Below are positions 38,861 to 50,541 of a stretch of DNA of 64,000 nucleotides, piece by piece; the stretch's first letter is position 1, and each line of letters starts with the position of its first letter. This DNA is from an uncultured Trueperaceae bacterium. Its GTDB lineage: Bacteria > Deinococcota > Deinococci > Deinococcales > Trueperaceae. The translations under genes and the position numbers were made by a program. The stretch lies in NCBI GenBank assembly GCA_963799485.1, contig CAWCXJ010000013.1, positions 256,001 through 320,000 on the forward strand, read 5' to 3'. A model generated the notes under the pieces. That model saw only the letters and a list, made by a program, of their open reading frames with translations. It ran no database searches and was not told the origin of the DNA.

Positions 38861-39831
38861 TCGCCGACCAGACCGATGTCGGCCAGAATCTCCTGAACGC
38901 GGATGTCTTCGCTCTGCAGGTACGCCGCAAACTCGTCACCGCTACGGTACACGTCGTCCCAGTTGTTTTCTTCCAGAATAGCCTGCCACTCCGGAGAAGC
39001 TTGCAACTTGTCAACTACGTTTAGGAGTGCGCTCCGCTGCTCGCCTGTTAGGTCGGGCGGCGCGACGACGCCGCGCCAGTTGGCAAGCTCGACGTCGATC
39101 CCTTGCTCGGTCAGCGTCGGCACGTCGATGCCCTCGAGCCGTTCTGGAGACGAAATGGCGAGCGCGCGCAGGTCGCCCGACTCGATCGACCCGGCCCACT
39201 CGCCGTAACCCGTGACGCCCGCCGAAACCTGCGAACCCAACACCGCCGCAAGCGCCTCGCCCCCGCCCGAATAGGGAATGTAGTTGAGCTGGGCGGGGTC
39301 GACCCCGGCAGCTTGCGCCACCAGACCCGCCAAGATGTGGTCGGTACCACCCGCTGAACCGCCGCCCCAGGAAACTGCCCCGGGATCTTCACGGAGGGCT
39401 GCCAAGAGGTCGTCGAGCGTTTGGAAAGGCGAATTTGCGGGTACGGCGATGACTTCGTACTCGGCGGTAAGGCTGGCAATCGGGGTGGTTTCGGCGAGCG
39501 TTACGGCTGAATTATTCGTCAGCACTGCGCCGGTCATCACCAGACCCATCATCATCAGCAGGTCTCCCTGACCGCGTTCGGCGCTAGCAAGCTGCGCCAA
39601 ACCTATCGTTCCGCCTGCCCCAGGAACATTAAAGACCTCGACGCGCGGCACAATGCCGGTCTCTTGCAAGGTCTGCTGCATAAGCCTCGAGGTCGTGTCC
39701 CAACCGCCACCGGGCGACGCCGGGGCCATAATGCGCAAAGATTCCAAATCCTGCGCCGACCCCAAGCCGGTAAGTAACATCCCGCCCACAAGCAAAGAAA
39801 CGACCCGACGACGTACCTGTATAGTTCGCAT
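38857..39831 (-). CDS. tctC: Tripartite tricarboxylate transporter substrate-binding protein
   Basis: [25 protein letters not shown] and NWRG motifs; GGAG RBS before ATG 39831. Confidence 0.93.
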   Translation of the reverse strand: MRTIQVRRRVVSLLVGGMLLTGLGSAQDLESLRIMAPASPGGGWDTTSRLMQQTLQETGIVPRVEVFNVPGAGGTIGLAQLASAERGQGDLLMMMGLVMTGAVLTNNSAVTLAETTPIASLTAEYEVIAVPANSPFQTLDDLLAALREDPGAVSWGGGSAGGTDHILAGLVAQAAGVDPAQLNYIPYSGGGEALAAVLGSQVSAGVTGYGEWAGSIESGDLRALAISSPERLEGIDVPTLTEQGIDVELANWRGVVAPPDLTGEQRSALLNVVDKLQASPEWQAILEENNWDDVYRSGDEFAAYLQSEDIRVQEILADIGLVGE

Positions 39832-39920
39832 AGCTGCTCCGATCCAAAAGTAGATTTGTCGGAGTATACCGGACATAGCCGCTGACGACAAGGCGGTTCT
39901 GTTGCACAATTAATAATTAT

Positions 39921-39955
39921 TTTCACAACACCTTTGTTTGTGAAATTTTTTGTTT
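39921..39955 (+). promoter_or_regulatory. Shared ~35-bp element, copy 3
   Basis: TTTCACAACACCTTTGTTTGTGAAATTTTTTGTTT upstream of tctC. Confidence 0.65.
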
Positions 39956-39957
39956 GC

Positions 39958-40389
39958 CTAATGCCCGACCTCGGTTGTTTGGTCGCCTCGTGGGAGTGCC
40001 CCTTCAACCAACAGCTGCGCGTACTCCTCGTCGCTAAAAATGCGGGAGCGGATTAAAAAGCGCACCCCTTCAGGAGCTTCGACCGAAAAGCCGCTGCCAC
40101 GTCCCTTGACGACGTCGACTGTGAGGTGTGTGTGTTGCCAGTATTCGTACTGCGAGGCGCTGATATAAAACGGTGCGCCCGCGACCGTGCCGAGGTAGAT
40201 ATCGACGTTGCCGAGCCGAAAGTCACCCTGCGGGTAACACATCGGCGACGAGCCGTCGCAGCAACCGCCCGACTGGTGAAACATCAGCGGGCCGTGAATG
40301 AGTTTGAGGGTGTCTAACAGCTCAGCCGCTTTCGGGGTAATGCTCACCCGTTCGACGCGCCCATCGGCGGTGCGTTTAACCGTATCCAT
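39958..40389 (-). CDS. DUF779-family protein
   Basis: HGPLMFHQSGGCCDGSSPMC and GRGSGFS motifs; usual partner of this aldehyde dehydrogenase. Confidence 0.93.
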   Translation of the reverse strand: MDTVKRTADGRVERVSITPKAAELLDTLKLIHGPLMFHQSGGCCDGSSPMCYPQGDFRLGNVDIYLGTVAGAPFYISASQYEYWQHTHLTVDVVKGRGSGFSVEAPEGVRFLIRSRIFSDEEYAQLLVEGALPRGDQTTEVGH

Positions 40390-40529
40390 AAGGTCTCCTT
40401 GCAGACGAGAATTTAGAAGGCAGAATACAGCGTGGGGAAATTTGCCTTTTACATCTTTGTTCGCCTTGGCGCTTCAAAATGCTGAAAGCCCGACCTGAAG
40501 CCGGGCCCCAGCCTACTGCAAGCTAGCGT

Positions 40530-42047
40530 CTAAAAGAAGCCCAGCGCATCTTTGCTGTATGAAACCAGCATGTTTTTGGTCTGCTGGTAGTGATCCAACA
40601 TCATCAGGTGGTTTTCGCGGCCTACGCCCGACTGCTTGTAGCCGCCGAACGCGGCGTGCGCGGGGTACGCGTGGTAGTTGTTGACCCACACGCGGCCTGC
40701 CTGAATCCCGCGCCCCATCCGGTAGCAGACGTTGGCGTCGCGGCTCCAGACCCCGGCTCCGAGGCCGTAAAGCGTATCGTTGGCAATCGTAAGCGCGTCG
40801 GCTTCATCCTTAAAGCTCGTGACCGAGACGACCGGGCCGAAGATTTCTTCTTGGAACACGCGCATCTTGTTGTTGCCTTCGAAGATGGTCGGTTCGACGT
40901 AGTAGCCGTCCTCGAGCCCTTCGAGCTGTTTACGCTGCCCGCCGGTCAAGACCTTCGCCCCTTCGGAGGTGCCGATGTCGAAGTACGACAGGATTTTCTC
41001 CAACTGGTCGTTCGAGGCTTGCGCGCCCATCATCGTGTTCGGGTCTAGGGGATTGCCCATCTGAATCTTTTCGACGCGGGCCACGGCGCGCTCCATAAAT
41101 GCGTCGTAAATCGACGCCTGCACCAGGGCGCGGCTCGGACAGGTACAGACTTCACCCTGGTTGAGCGCAAACATGGCAAAACCCTCGAGCGCCTTGTCGA
41201 AGTAGGCGTCGTCTTCACGCATCACGTCCTCAAAAAACACGTTAGGTGATTTGCCGCCGAGCTCCAAAGTCACCGGAATCAGGTTTTCCGAGGCGTACTG
41301 CATGATCAGGCGGCCCGTGGTGGTCTCGCCGGTAAAGGCGACCTTGCCGACGCGGGGGCTGCTCGCTAAAGGCTTGCCCGCTTCGACCCCGAAACCCTGC
41401 ACGATGTTGAGCACACCGGCAGGCAAGATGTCGCTAATGAGTTCGGCGACGAACATGATGCCGACAGGCGTCTGCTCAGCAGGTTTAAGGACCACGCAGT
41501 TGCCAGCAGCAAGCGCCGGGGCAAGCTTCCAGGTCGCCATCAGGATGGGAAAGTTCCACGGGATAATCTGCGCGACGACGCCAATGGGCTCGTGAAAGTG
41601 GTACGCCACGGTGTCGTTGTCGATCTGCGAGATGCCGCCCTCTTGCGCGCGGATGGCTCCGGCGAAGTAGCGGAAGTGGTCGATAGCGAGCGGCAAATCG
41701 GCGGCCATCGTCTCGCGGAGCGCCTTGCCGTTGTCCCACGTTTCGACTTTGGCGAGGGTCTCCAAGTTCTCTTCCAACCGGTCGGCAATCTTCAAGAGGA
41801 TGTTTGAACGTTCAGCCGGTGAAGTGCGGCCCCACGCGCCCTTGGCGGCGTGTGCGGCGTCGAGCGCTTTTTCGACGTCTTCAGCGGTCGAACGGGCGAC
41901 TTCGCAGAAGGTCTGCCCGGTGACCGGCGAAGGGTTTTCGAAGTACATGCCTTTAGCCGGGGCGATGAACTCACCACCGATAAAGTTGTCGTAACGTTTC
42001 TTGAATGCTACGGGCGGGGTAACGCGGCTCTCTGCGTCTTGAATCAT
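40530..42047 (-). CDS. NAD-dependent aldehyde dehydrogenase (AldB/ExaC type)
   Basis: [40 protein letters not shown] and FGGYKQSG motifs; AAGGAA RBS. Confidence 0.95.
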   Translation of the reverse strand: MIQDAESRVTPPVAFKKRYDNFIGGEFIAPAKGMYFENPSPVTGQTFCEVARSTAEDVEKALDAAHAAKGAWGRTSPAERSNILLKIADRLEENLETLAKVETWDNGKALRETMAADLPLAIDHFRYFAGAIRAQEGGISQIDNDTVAYHFHEPIGVVAQIIPWNFPILMATWKLAPALAAGNCVVLKPAEQTPVGIMFVAELISDILPAGVLNIVQGFGVEAGKPLASSPRVGKVAFTGETTTGRLIMQYASENLIPVTLELGGKSPNVFFEDVMREDDAYFDKALEGFAMFALNQGEVCTCPSRALVQASIYDAFMERAVARVEKIQMGNPLDPNTMMGAQASNDQLEKILSYFDIGTSEGAKVLTGGQRKQLEGLEDGYYVEPTIFEGNNKMRVFQEEIFGPVVSVTSFKDEADALTIANDTLYGLGAGVWSRDANVCYRMGRGIQAGRVWVNNYHAYPAHAAFGGYKQSGVGRENHLMMLDHYQQTKNMLVSYSKDALGFF

Positions 42048-42254
42048 CCGGGGTTCCTTTCGGGAATCGAGACCTGAAGCGGTGGGCAAATAGCTGCAAA
42101 GGCTCCTTTCGCGAGACAAGCTGTAATGTGATGGCGACTATACCAGAAAAACGTGAAAGTCTAGGGTCGGCAGGGATGCATACCACCGGAGACATGCTGG
42201 GGTTTGGGGCCCCCTACCGAGAATACTCGGCGCTGAATAGCTTCATGATATTAA

Positions 42255-42298
42255 TGGTGAACAAATTCACAATACTCCTACTCGTGAAAACTTTGTTT
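42255..42298 (+). promoter_or_regulatory. Shared ~35-bp element, copy 4, including a full GTGAA-N4-TTCAC palindrome (Rex/CRP-like)
   Basis: TGGTGAACAAATTCACAATACTCCTACTCGTGAAAACTTTGTTT. Confidence 0.65.
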
Positions 42299-42341
42299 CA
42301 TTGTATTTTCCAACACTCTGACCAAGCGCTATACCCGGCAG

Positions 42342-42480
42342 ATGAAAATGGCGGACGTTTTATCGGTGGCGGTATCATCGGCTCTGCGTGCGCGCTTCGG
42401 CTCACTGAACGGGGCTTTAAGGTGGCCGCGCGAGGCGAAACGCCGACAGAATCCCTGCTCGTGGCAGCGGGCAAGCTGCC
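42342..42480 (+). pseudogene. FAD-dependent oxidoreductase N-terminal remnant
   Basis: MADV / IGGGIIGSACALRLTERGFKV Rossmann motif split by a frameshift, then truncated. Confidence 0.65.
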
Positions 42481-42498
42481 CGAGAAAAGTTTGCGCCG

Positions 42499-42817
42499 AT
42501 GAATGTACGGTTTCTCTGCGCCGGCAGCGCGGCCCGCAGTCAGATGGCGGAAGCGTTATTGCGGCGCTACGGCGGCGAGCGTTTCAGCGCCTACAGCGCG
42601 GGTCTGGCCCCTAGCGTGATTAATCCTTACGCCCTGCGGACAACGGAAGAGCTGGACTTCGATATGGAAGGCGTCACGCCAAGAGCATAAAGGAATATCT
42701 CGGTGGGATGAATTTCGCCTATGCGATTGCCGTGTGCGCCAAGGCAGAAGCGAAGTGCCCCGCGACCTTTCCGGGTCAGCCCGTCCGCTTGGCGTGGCAG
42801 TTCGACGACCCGGCAGC
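42499..42817 (+). pseudogene. arsC: Arsenate reductase (LMW-PTP family) pseudogene
   Basis: FLCAGSAARSQMAE..SAG; frameshift near 42670; resumes HAKSIKEYLG..VC....KCP..W.FDDPA; truncated. Confidence 0.8.
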
Positions 42818-42997
42818 GAAGGAAAGCACCACTTCCGCGCCGATGCTGAACTCATCGGCACCGATGAGCGGCACGACGGTACGCTCGAGCCCCACCATGC
42901 CGCCACAAAGGCGTTCACCAATACCAGCAGGGCTGAACTGTGACCTGTTCTCCTCAAGGCCGAGTCGGACATTTCGTTGCGGCGAGGTGCTCACCAT
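42818..42997 (-). pseudogene. MFS transporter N-terminal remnant
   Basis: RLGLEENRSQF / LLVLVNAFV / GGMVGLERTVVPLIGADEF with two frameshifts; abuts the arsC remnant. Confidence 0.75.
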
Positions 42998-43108
42998 AGC
43001 ATCAGCCCTTTACGGCTAGACTTGCAGCTTGCCTGGCGAAGATAGCTCGGTCGAGGGATTGGATGAGCAGCGATCTGGATAATCTTACAGAAACCTGCAC
43101 AAGGGTTC

Positions 43109-43876
43109 TCAAAGCACTTTGGGCACATTTTGATAAAGAATAAATGCGCCCATTGCAAGCAGAAACACCGCGAACACGCGTTTAAGAAGCACCTGCGGCA
43201 TACTACGGCCCAAGCGGTTGCCCAGGAAGCTCCCGACCACTCCGAGGCCGGTAAAGATAAAGACCACGTTCCAGTCCACCGTGAGGTTCAGGTCGGTAAG
43301 GACGTTCAGATACTCGAAAAAACCAACGAACGACTTGAGCGCGATGATCAAGAGACTTGTGCCGATGGCAATATGCATCGGCAAACCACCTAGAAGGGCC
43401 AGGGCCGGGACGATCAGGAACCCTCCGCCAACCCCTACGAGTCCCGTTACAGCGCCAACCGTCAGGCCCTCGAGCCCAATTTTCCAGAGTTCGTGAGGTT
43501 TATCAGCCTGCACCGCCTCAGTGTCATCAGGACGAAACATGAAAATGGCAGCGAGCAGCATGATACCGGCGAACAGCAGGAGCTGAACGGTGCCGCTCAC
43601 GTACTGGGCGATATAGGCTCCGAGAAACGAACCCGCCATACCCGGCAGGCCAAAAAAGAGCACGTTGCGCCAGGAGATCCGGCGGCTTAGGGCAAAAGGT
43701 AGCGCGCCGATGAGGCTGATGCCTCCGACGATAGCAAGCGAGCTAGCGATAGCTACCTTGTCGGGTTGCCCCACCAGGTACACAAGGACGGGCACTGTGA
43801 CGATAGAACCACCCGATCCCAGAAGTCCCAAGCTCACGCCGATGGCGAGCGCGCCGAGCCAAGCAGCGATAATCAT
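43109..43876 (-). CDS. Sulfite exporter TauE/SafE family
   Basis: LGLLGSGGSIVTVP, GLVGVGGGFLIVP and AIGTSL motifs. Confidence 0.93.
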   Translation of the reverse strand: MIIAAWLGALAIGVSLGLLGSGGSIVTVPVLVYLVGQPDKVAIASSLAIVGGISLIGALPFALSRRISWRNVLFFGLPGMAGSFLGAYIAQYVSGTVQLLLFAGIMLLAAIFMFRPDDTEAVQADKPHELWKIGLEGLTVGAVTGLVGVGGGFLIVPALALLGGLPMHIAIGTSLLIIALKSFVGFFEYLNVLTDLNLTVDWNVVFIFTGLGVVGSFLGNRLGRSMPQVLLKRVFAVFLLAMGAFILYQNVPKVL

Positions 43877-43942
43877 CGAGGTCTCCCGAACTGGCCCACA
43901 ACAGGCACCGGGTTTCCGGATAGACAGGGGGGGTTTTTGGCT

Positions 43943-44236
43943 TTATTCGGTAGGAAGACCACGTTGCCTCCACCCTGCTGTGCCGCCCATGAGGTTCGCC
44001 ACCGCTTCATACCCTTGCTCCGCCAGATATTGGGCTGCTTGTCCCGAGCGGTTGCCGCCGGTACACACCAGCACGACAGGTTTCTTGACTTCATCGCTAC
44101 GGTTGGGAAGCTGTACCAAGGGAATGTTCACAGCACCGGGCAGGTGACCATGCGTGTACTCCCCGGGCCCGCGCACGTCGATAATCTGTGCGCCTTTTTC
44201 TTTCCACCGGCTGACTTCAAAGATGTCGTGATACAT
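43943..44236 (-). CDS. Single-domain rhodanese sulfurtransferase
   Basis: IIDVR..EY..GHLPGA, CTGGNRS and GGT.GW motifs. Confidence 0.93.
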   Translation of the reverse strand: MYHDIFEVSRWKEKGAQIIDVRGPGEYTHGHLPGAVNIPLVQLPNRSDEVKKPVVLVCTGGNRSGQAAQYLAEQGYEAVANLMGGTAGWRQRGLPTE

Positions 44237-44316
44237 GAGGCGGCTCCTTTTGTTCGCAACAAGTTTGCCGGAAAGGGCGACGAAGGGACGGAAGATACCC
44301 GCCCCTTTTCCTGAAA

Positions 44317-45711
44317 CTAGGCATCGACCCGTCGTTGTTGAGCCTTTTCCCAGCCGAGGTACGAGCCCTCGAGCTCTACGACGTTCGCAAATCCGGCCGC
44401 GCGCAGGGCACTCGAGACCACCGTGTTGCGTGCGCCCCCCTGGCAGTGTGTCACTAAGGGGCGGTCTTTAGGCAGCTTGCCCAGGTCCCACATCACCCGG
44501 CCCGCGTGAAGCCGCTGTGCCTCGGGGAGGTGTCCGGCCTCGTATTCACTCTTAGTCCGAATATCGAGGATAAAGGGGTCATCAAGCGCGGCAAGGGCCT
44601 CAGGTGCCACCGTGTTCACCTGAGCGCGCTCGAGGTTGCCGAAGTCGGTCACAAAACCCGCCACGTTGTCGATGCCTACGTACGATAATCGGTCGCGCAA
44701 CGTTTCTGCTTGCGCCGCGTCCTGAGCCAGTAGCACGATGTCGCGCTTGTCCTTTTCGGGGTCGATCACGTATGAGGCGTAGGTCACAAAGGTCTTGCCC
44801 GCAGGAAGGTGCAGCACACCCTTGACGGCGTCATGCTCGTAGACGTCGCGGGCGCGGGTGTCGATCAGAATGAGGCTATTCCCTACACCGCTGAGCTGAT
44901 CAGGGTCGAGGCGCTTGGGGGTGCCTCGGTCGCCCAGCAGGGGCGGGCCGGCACGGTTCATTTGCTTCATCCGGTTAAAGTAGACGGGCGCGTCGGGCTG
45001 CCCCTCGAGCAGCGCCTTTATAAAGCCCGCTTCGTCGTCGTTCTGGACAAAAGTAGGCCACCAGGAAACCAGCTTCTCATAACCGACTGTGGAGCTATCT
45101 ACGGCACCCAGGGACTTCCCGCAGGCGCTACCCGCGCCGTGGCCCGGCCAGACCTGAACGAAATCGGGCAAGGTAACGAACTTCTCTTTAAGGCTCCCAA
45201 AAAGCTCTTTAGTCATGGGTAAGCGCGTATCACCACCGGCTGTTTCATCGAGAAGGTCCGGGCGGCCTAAGTCGCCGACAAAAACGAAGTCGCCGGTAAG
45301 CACATAACCGGGTTCAGCGGTCGCCGCGCCGTCCGTGATCAGGAACGCGAGGTGCTCCGGAGTGTGTCCGGGCGTATGCACCGCTGTGAGGGTGATGTTG
45401 CCGAGCTTGATCTCGCTACCATCTACGAGTCCTTCATGCTCGAAGCGGTACTGCCAGTTCTCGCCGCCCTCATCGGAGAGATAGAGCGTCGCACCGGTTG
45501 CCTGGGCAAGCTCACGAGCGCCGGAAAGGTAATCGGCGTGGATGTGGGTCTCGGTCACAGCAACGATCTTCATATGGTTGCGCTCGGCCTCGTCCAAATA
45601 CACCCGGACGTCGCGGCGCGGGTCGACGACAACAGCCGTTGCGTTGGACTGGCAGCCGATGAGATAGCTCGCTTGCGCCAGGTCTTCGTCGTAGATTCGC
45701 TTAAACAGCAT
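44317..45711 (-). CDS. Persulfide dioxygenase-rhodanese fusion (CstB-like)
   Basis: ETHIHADY, TPGHTPEH, PGHGAGSACGK and C-terminal rhodanese CQGGAR. Confidence 0.9.
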   Translation of the reverse strand: MLFKRIYDEDLAQASYLIGCQSNATAVVVDPRRDVRVYLDEAERNHMKIVAVTETHIHADYLSGARELAQATGATLYLSDEGGENWQYRFEHEGLVDGSEIKLGNITLTAVHTPGHTPEHLAFLITDGAATAEPGYVLTGDFVFVGDLGRPDLLDETAGGDTRLPMTKELFGSLKEKFVTLPDFVQVWPGHGAGSACGKSLGAVDSSTVGYEKLVSWWPTFVQNDDEAGFIKALLEGQPDAPVYFNRMKQMNRAGPPLLGDRGTPKRLDPDQLSGVGNSLILIDTRARDVYEHDAVKGVLHLPAGKTFVTYASYVIDPEKDKRDIVLLAQDAAQAETLRDRLSYVGIDNVAGFVTDFGNLERAQVNTVAPEALAALDDPFILDIRTKSEYEAGHLPEAQRLHAGRVMWDLGKLPKDRPLVTHCQGGARNTVVSSALRAAGFANVVELEGSYLGWEKAQQRRVDA

Positions 45712-45762
45712 GGACTTCTCCTTATCGTGGTCAAGTCACCAGTTGGACTTGAAGACACCATA

Positions 45763-45779
45763 ATACCCCTATGGGGTAT
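45763..45779. promoter_or_regulatory. CsoR/CstR-type operator in the cstB-like promoter
   Basis: ATACCCCTATGGGGTAT, between minus-strand TTGACA (45786-45781) and the -10 box. Confidence 0.85.
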
Positions 45780-45825
45780 CTGTCAAGTTTAGATAACGAC
45801 AGTTTCATCCGATTATATAAAACAA

Positions 45826-45869
45826 TTGACACTTTGAGATACACATTGCATAATACCCCCTATGGATAT
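45826..45869 (+). promoter_or_regulatory. Leaderless promoter plus second CsoR/CstR-type operator
   Basis: TTGACA-17-CATAAT-N7-ATG; ATACCCCCTATGGATAT (45853-45869) overlaps the start codon. Confidence 0.8.
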
Positions 45870-46428
45870 TATAGATTTATTGAGGCAACCTTGGCCCTGG
45901 TATGTTGCTGGGCCCCTTATAGGTCTGCTCGTTCCCGCACTCTTGCTCCTTGGCAACAAGCAGTTCGGCTTCTCGGCCAACTTAAGTCACGTCTGTGCCA
46001 TGGTCCCGAACCGGGTCAATTTCTTTAAGTACGACTGGCGCAGAGAATCGTGGAATCTGGTGTTTGCCTTAGGTACGCTCCTGGGCGGCCTCATTGCAGG
46101 GATCCTCCTCCAGAGCCCAGAACCACTCCAGGTATCGGCTCAAACGGCGACCGACCTAAGTGCGCTAGGGGTGCAAGTAGACGGTCAGTTCGTTCCCACC
46201 GACCTTTTTAGCTGGTCGGGCCTCCTGACCCTGCCCGGCTTCATCCTCATGGTGTTTGGGGGCTTTTTAGTAGGCTTTGGCGCGCGTTACGCAGGCGGCT
46301 GCACCTCGGGACACGCCATTTCCGGCCTCGCCAACCTGCAACTCCCCTCGCTCGTTGCGGTCATCGGGTTTTTCATCGGTGGACTTTTCACCACCTTCGT
46401 GCTTTTGCCCCTCATTCTTAGTCTCTAG
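45862..46428 (+). CDS. YeeE/YedE sulfur transporter subunit
   Basis: WPWYVAGPLIG and GFGARYAGGCTSGH motifs. Confidence 0.92.
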   Translation: MDIIDLLRQPWPWYVAGPLIGLLVPALLLLGNKQFGFSANLSHVCAMVPNRVNFFKYDWRRESWNLVFALGTLLGGLIAGILLQSPEPLQVSAQTATDLSALGVQVDGQFVPTDLFSWSGLLTLPGFILMVFGGFLVGFGARYAGGCTSGHAISGLANLQLPSLVAVIGFFIGGLFTTFVLLPLILSL

Positions 46429-46434
46429 GAGATC

Positions 46435-46902
46435 ATGATGGACGCCGCTCAAACCAGTATGCAAACCCGGCCGACGCCCAGGCCTCTGCTAGCTAACACT
46501 AAGTTTCTTGTGCTGGGCCTGTTATTCGGCTTCATCCTGGTGAAATCGCAAGTCATCTCCTGGTACCGCATTCAGGAAATGTTCCGCTTTCAGTCGTTCC
46601 ATATGTACGGCGTGATAGGTACCGCTGTTCTCGTCGGCATTATCTCTATCTGGCTGCTCAAGCGCTTTGACGTTCACGCACTGGACGGCACCCCAATCAA
46701 ACTGGCACCTAAAGACCCCACCTACAAGCGCTACATCTTCGGAGGTACCCTCTTTGGGCTCGGATGGGCCATGACGGGCGCATGCCCAGGCCCCATTGCC
46801 GCGCTGATCGGCGGTGGTTACAGTGTCTTTCTTGTGGTGTTCGCCAGCGCCCTGCTTGGCACCTGGGCTTATGGAGTCCTACGCAAGCAGCTACCTCACT
46901 AA
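46435..46902 (+). CDS. YeeE/YedE-family partner subunit
   Basis: SWYRIQEMF and [14 protein letters not shown] motifs. Confidence 0.9.
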   Translation: MMDAAQTSMQTRPTPRPLLANTKFLVLGLLFGFILVKSQVISWYRIQEMFRFQSFHMYGVIGTAVLVGIISIWLLKRFDVHALDGTPIKLAPKDPTYKRYIFGGTLFGLGWAMTGACPGPIAALIGGGYSVFLVVFASALLGTWAYGVLRKQLPH

Positions 46903-46956
46903 CGTCTACCCAACCCTAAGGTTTGCTCGGCTCAGCACGCTGAAAGGAATCAAGGC

Positions 46957-47226
46957 TTGAAACAAAAAGCCCCTGTCGGAGAAAAAACAAAAGTGCTCAA
47001 CCGACTTCGCCGCTTGGAAGGTCAGGTGCGCGGCTTACAAAAGATGATTGAGGAAGAGCGTAGCTGCCACGAGATCCTCGCTCTCTTTTCCAGCGTTCGG
47101 AGCGCACTCGACGGTACCGCCGACGTTGTTTTGGAAACCTACCTCAAGGAGTGCCAACAGGACTTCCTTACAGGCGAGATTCAAGTAAGCGACGTCATCA
47201 AAGCAGTCAAACTGGCCAGGGGATAA
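46957..47226 (+). CDS. CsoR/RcnR-family repressor (CstR-like)
   Basis: NRLRRLEGQVRG; Cys-X24-Tyr-X3-Cys; AAAGGA RBS. Confidence 0.88.
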   Translation: MKQKAPVGEKTKVLNRLRRLEGQVRGLQKMIEEERSCHEILALFSSVRSALDGTADVVLETYLKECQQDFLTGEIQVSDVIKAVKLARG

Positions 47227-47248
47227 GTCCTCTAGCGGTACTTGGCGT

Positions 47249-47340
47249 CAAGCTCTCGACGCCGACCGTAACATCGGCTTGCTTCTGCCTTGCAACGTCG
47301 TCATTAAGGAAAACAAATAAGGGAACTGATGTGAGCATCC
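47249..47340 (+). pseudogene. DUF302-family remnant
   Basis: Unannotated frame reads QALDADRNIGLLLPCNVVIKENK*, then GTDVSI in a shifted frame; IGLLLPCNVV is typical of DUF302. Confidence 0.65.
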
Positions 47341-47390
47341 GCGAGCTCGAGGTGAGGTTCGGAGACCTTCCACACTTGGCGAAGGCGAGG

Positions 47391-47818
47391 CTACAGGCGG
47401 TTCTCGAGCCTCAACCTATAGACGAGCTCCCCCACGCCCTCATCCGCAATATTTTCAATCAGGCCGTTCGCCGTAAAACCCATATGCAGGTGCCACCTTT
47501 GCGGCTCCGGTTCGTCTGTTTGCGACGAGCCGAGAAGCGCCACATAGCCCTGAGCGCGGAGGTGGTCTTTTAAGTAAGACAGCAGGAGCCTCGAATACCC
47601 CCTTCCCCGGTGCGCCGCCGCAATTTCAATCAGCCCCGTAAACGGCACCGTCGTCCACAGCACAGCGTACCGAACAAGGCCGACGACGTTACCGTAAGCT
47701 TCCAAAACGATGACCTCGCCGCCCGCAATTTTTTGCCGCCACACGCGTTCTTTAGGCCAAGGGTCAAGTTCTCGCAGCGCAGCTACGTCGTCAAGCTGAG
47801 CAAGCCGAACAGACGCGC

Positions 47819-47822
<4 letters not shown>
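47391..47822 (-). CDS. GNAT-family acetyltransferase
   Basis: HRGRGY and WHLHMGF motifs; GTGA overlap with glpK. Confidence 0.85.
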
Positions 47823-49318
<1,496 letters not shown>

Positions 49319-49442
49319 GCCTCCTTGTGTGAGGCTAAAATAGCATGAGATAGCCTCTAAGCGGTTCGGCTAGGTTTTTACGAAGCCGAGAATCGTGCCG
49401 GAGAAGCAATAGTTTGGGGCAGCGACACCTTAAGGTGGTGCT

Positions 49443-50474
49443 ATGACTAAAGACAGCAACCAAAGAATTGTTCTCGCGTCTCGCCCTGAAGGTCAACCGA
49501 GTAAAGAAAACTTCAGGCTCGAGCACGCTGACATCCCCGAACCCGGGGACGGCGAGGTGCTGCTGCAGACCGTCTATCTCTCGCTAGACCCGTATATGCG
49601 GGGCCGCATGAGCGCCGCAGCGTCTTACGCCGACCCGGTCGAGCTGGGCCAGGTCATGGTGGGGAGCACGGTCAACCGGGTTGTCGCCTCAAAACACCCG
49701 GATTACACCGAGGGCGACGTGGTGCTGGGTAGCAGCGGCTGGCAGCAGTACAGCCTTGCCGGGGGCGCGGGTTTACGCAAGCTGGACCCCGCCCAAGCAC
49801 CGGTCTCGAGCGCGCTGAGCGTTTTAGGCATGACCGGTTTGACCGCCTACGTCGGCCTCTTGGACATCGGCAAACCACAAGCGGGCGAGACCGTGGTCGT
49901 CTCGTCGGCAGCGGGCGCAGTCGGGTCGGTCGTCGGGCAAATCGCCAAGCTTAAAGGCTGCCGCGTCGTCGGCATTGCGGGTGCAGATGAGAAAAACGCC
50001 TACCTCAAAGAGACCCTGGGATTCGACGAAAGCCTGAACTACAAGGCTGAAGGTTTTGCTGCCGAGCTCGCTAGAGCCTGCCCGAACGGGGTTGACGTGT
50101 ACTTTGAAAACGTCGGCGGCGGAGTATTTGAAGCCGTGCTGCCGCTCTTTAACGTCGGCGCGCGCGTCCCGGTTTGCGGTCTGATCGCGCATTACAACCA
50201 GACCTCGTTACCCGAAGGCCCCAACCAGGTTCCCCGGCTGATGTCTTTGGTGCTTACCAAACGGCTGCTGCTTCAGGGCTTTATCGTCGGCGATCATCTG
50301 GCGCGGCTGCCGGACTTTACCCGCGATATGAGCCGGTGGGTCAGCTCAGGGGAGGTCAAGTACAAAGAAGATATCGTCGAAGGTTTGGAGAACGCGCCGG
50401 GGGCGTTTCTCGAGCTGCTCGCGGGGGGGAATTTCGGCAAGCTTTTGGTTCAGGTTTCGGCGCCGCCAAGTTGA
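49443..50474 (+). CDS. NADP-dependent oxidoreductase (CurA/YncB, PTGR family)
   Basis: LSLDPYMRGRM, GMTGLTAY, AAGAVGS, YFENVGG and NFGK motifs; TAAGGT-N6-ATG start. Confidence 0.93.
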   Translation: MTKDSNQRIVLASRPEGQPSKENFRLEHADIPEPGDGEVLLQTVYLSLDPYMRGRMSAAASYADPVELGQVMVGSTVNRVVASKHPDYTEGDVVLGSSGWQQYSLAGGAGLRKLDPAQAPVSSALSVLGMTGLTAYVGLLDIGKPQAGETVVVSSAAGAVGSVVGQIAKLKGCRVVGIAGADEKNAYLKETLGFDESLNYKAEGFAAELARACPNGVDVYFENVGGGVFEAVLPLFNVGARVPVCGLIAHYNQTSLPEGPNQVPRLMSLVLTKRLLLQGFIVGDHLARLPDFTRDMSRWVSSGEVKYKEDIVEGLENAPGAFLELLAGGNFGKLLVQVSAPPS

Positions 50475-50541
50475 TCGTTGGGCTGCCGGGTTCAGCTGCG
50501 CTAGCCAAGTTTTACTTGCAACTGTGCGGTATCGTAAGCTT

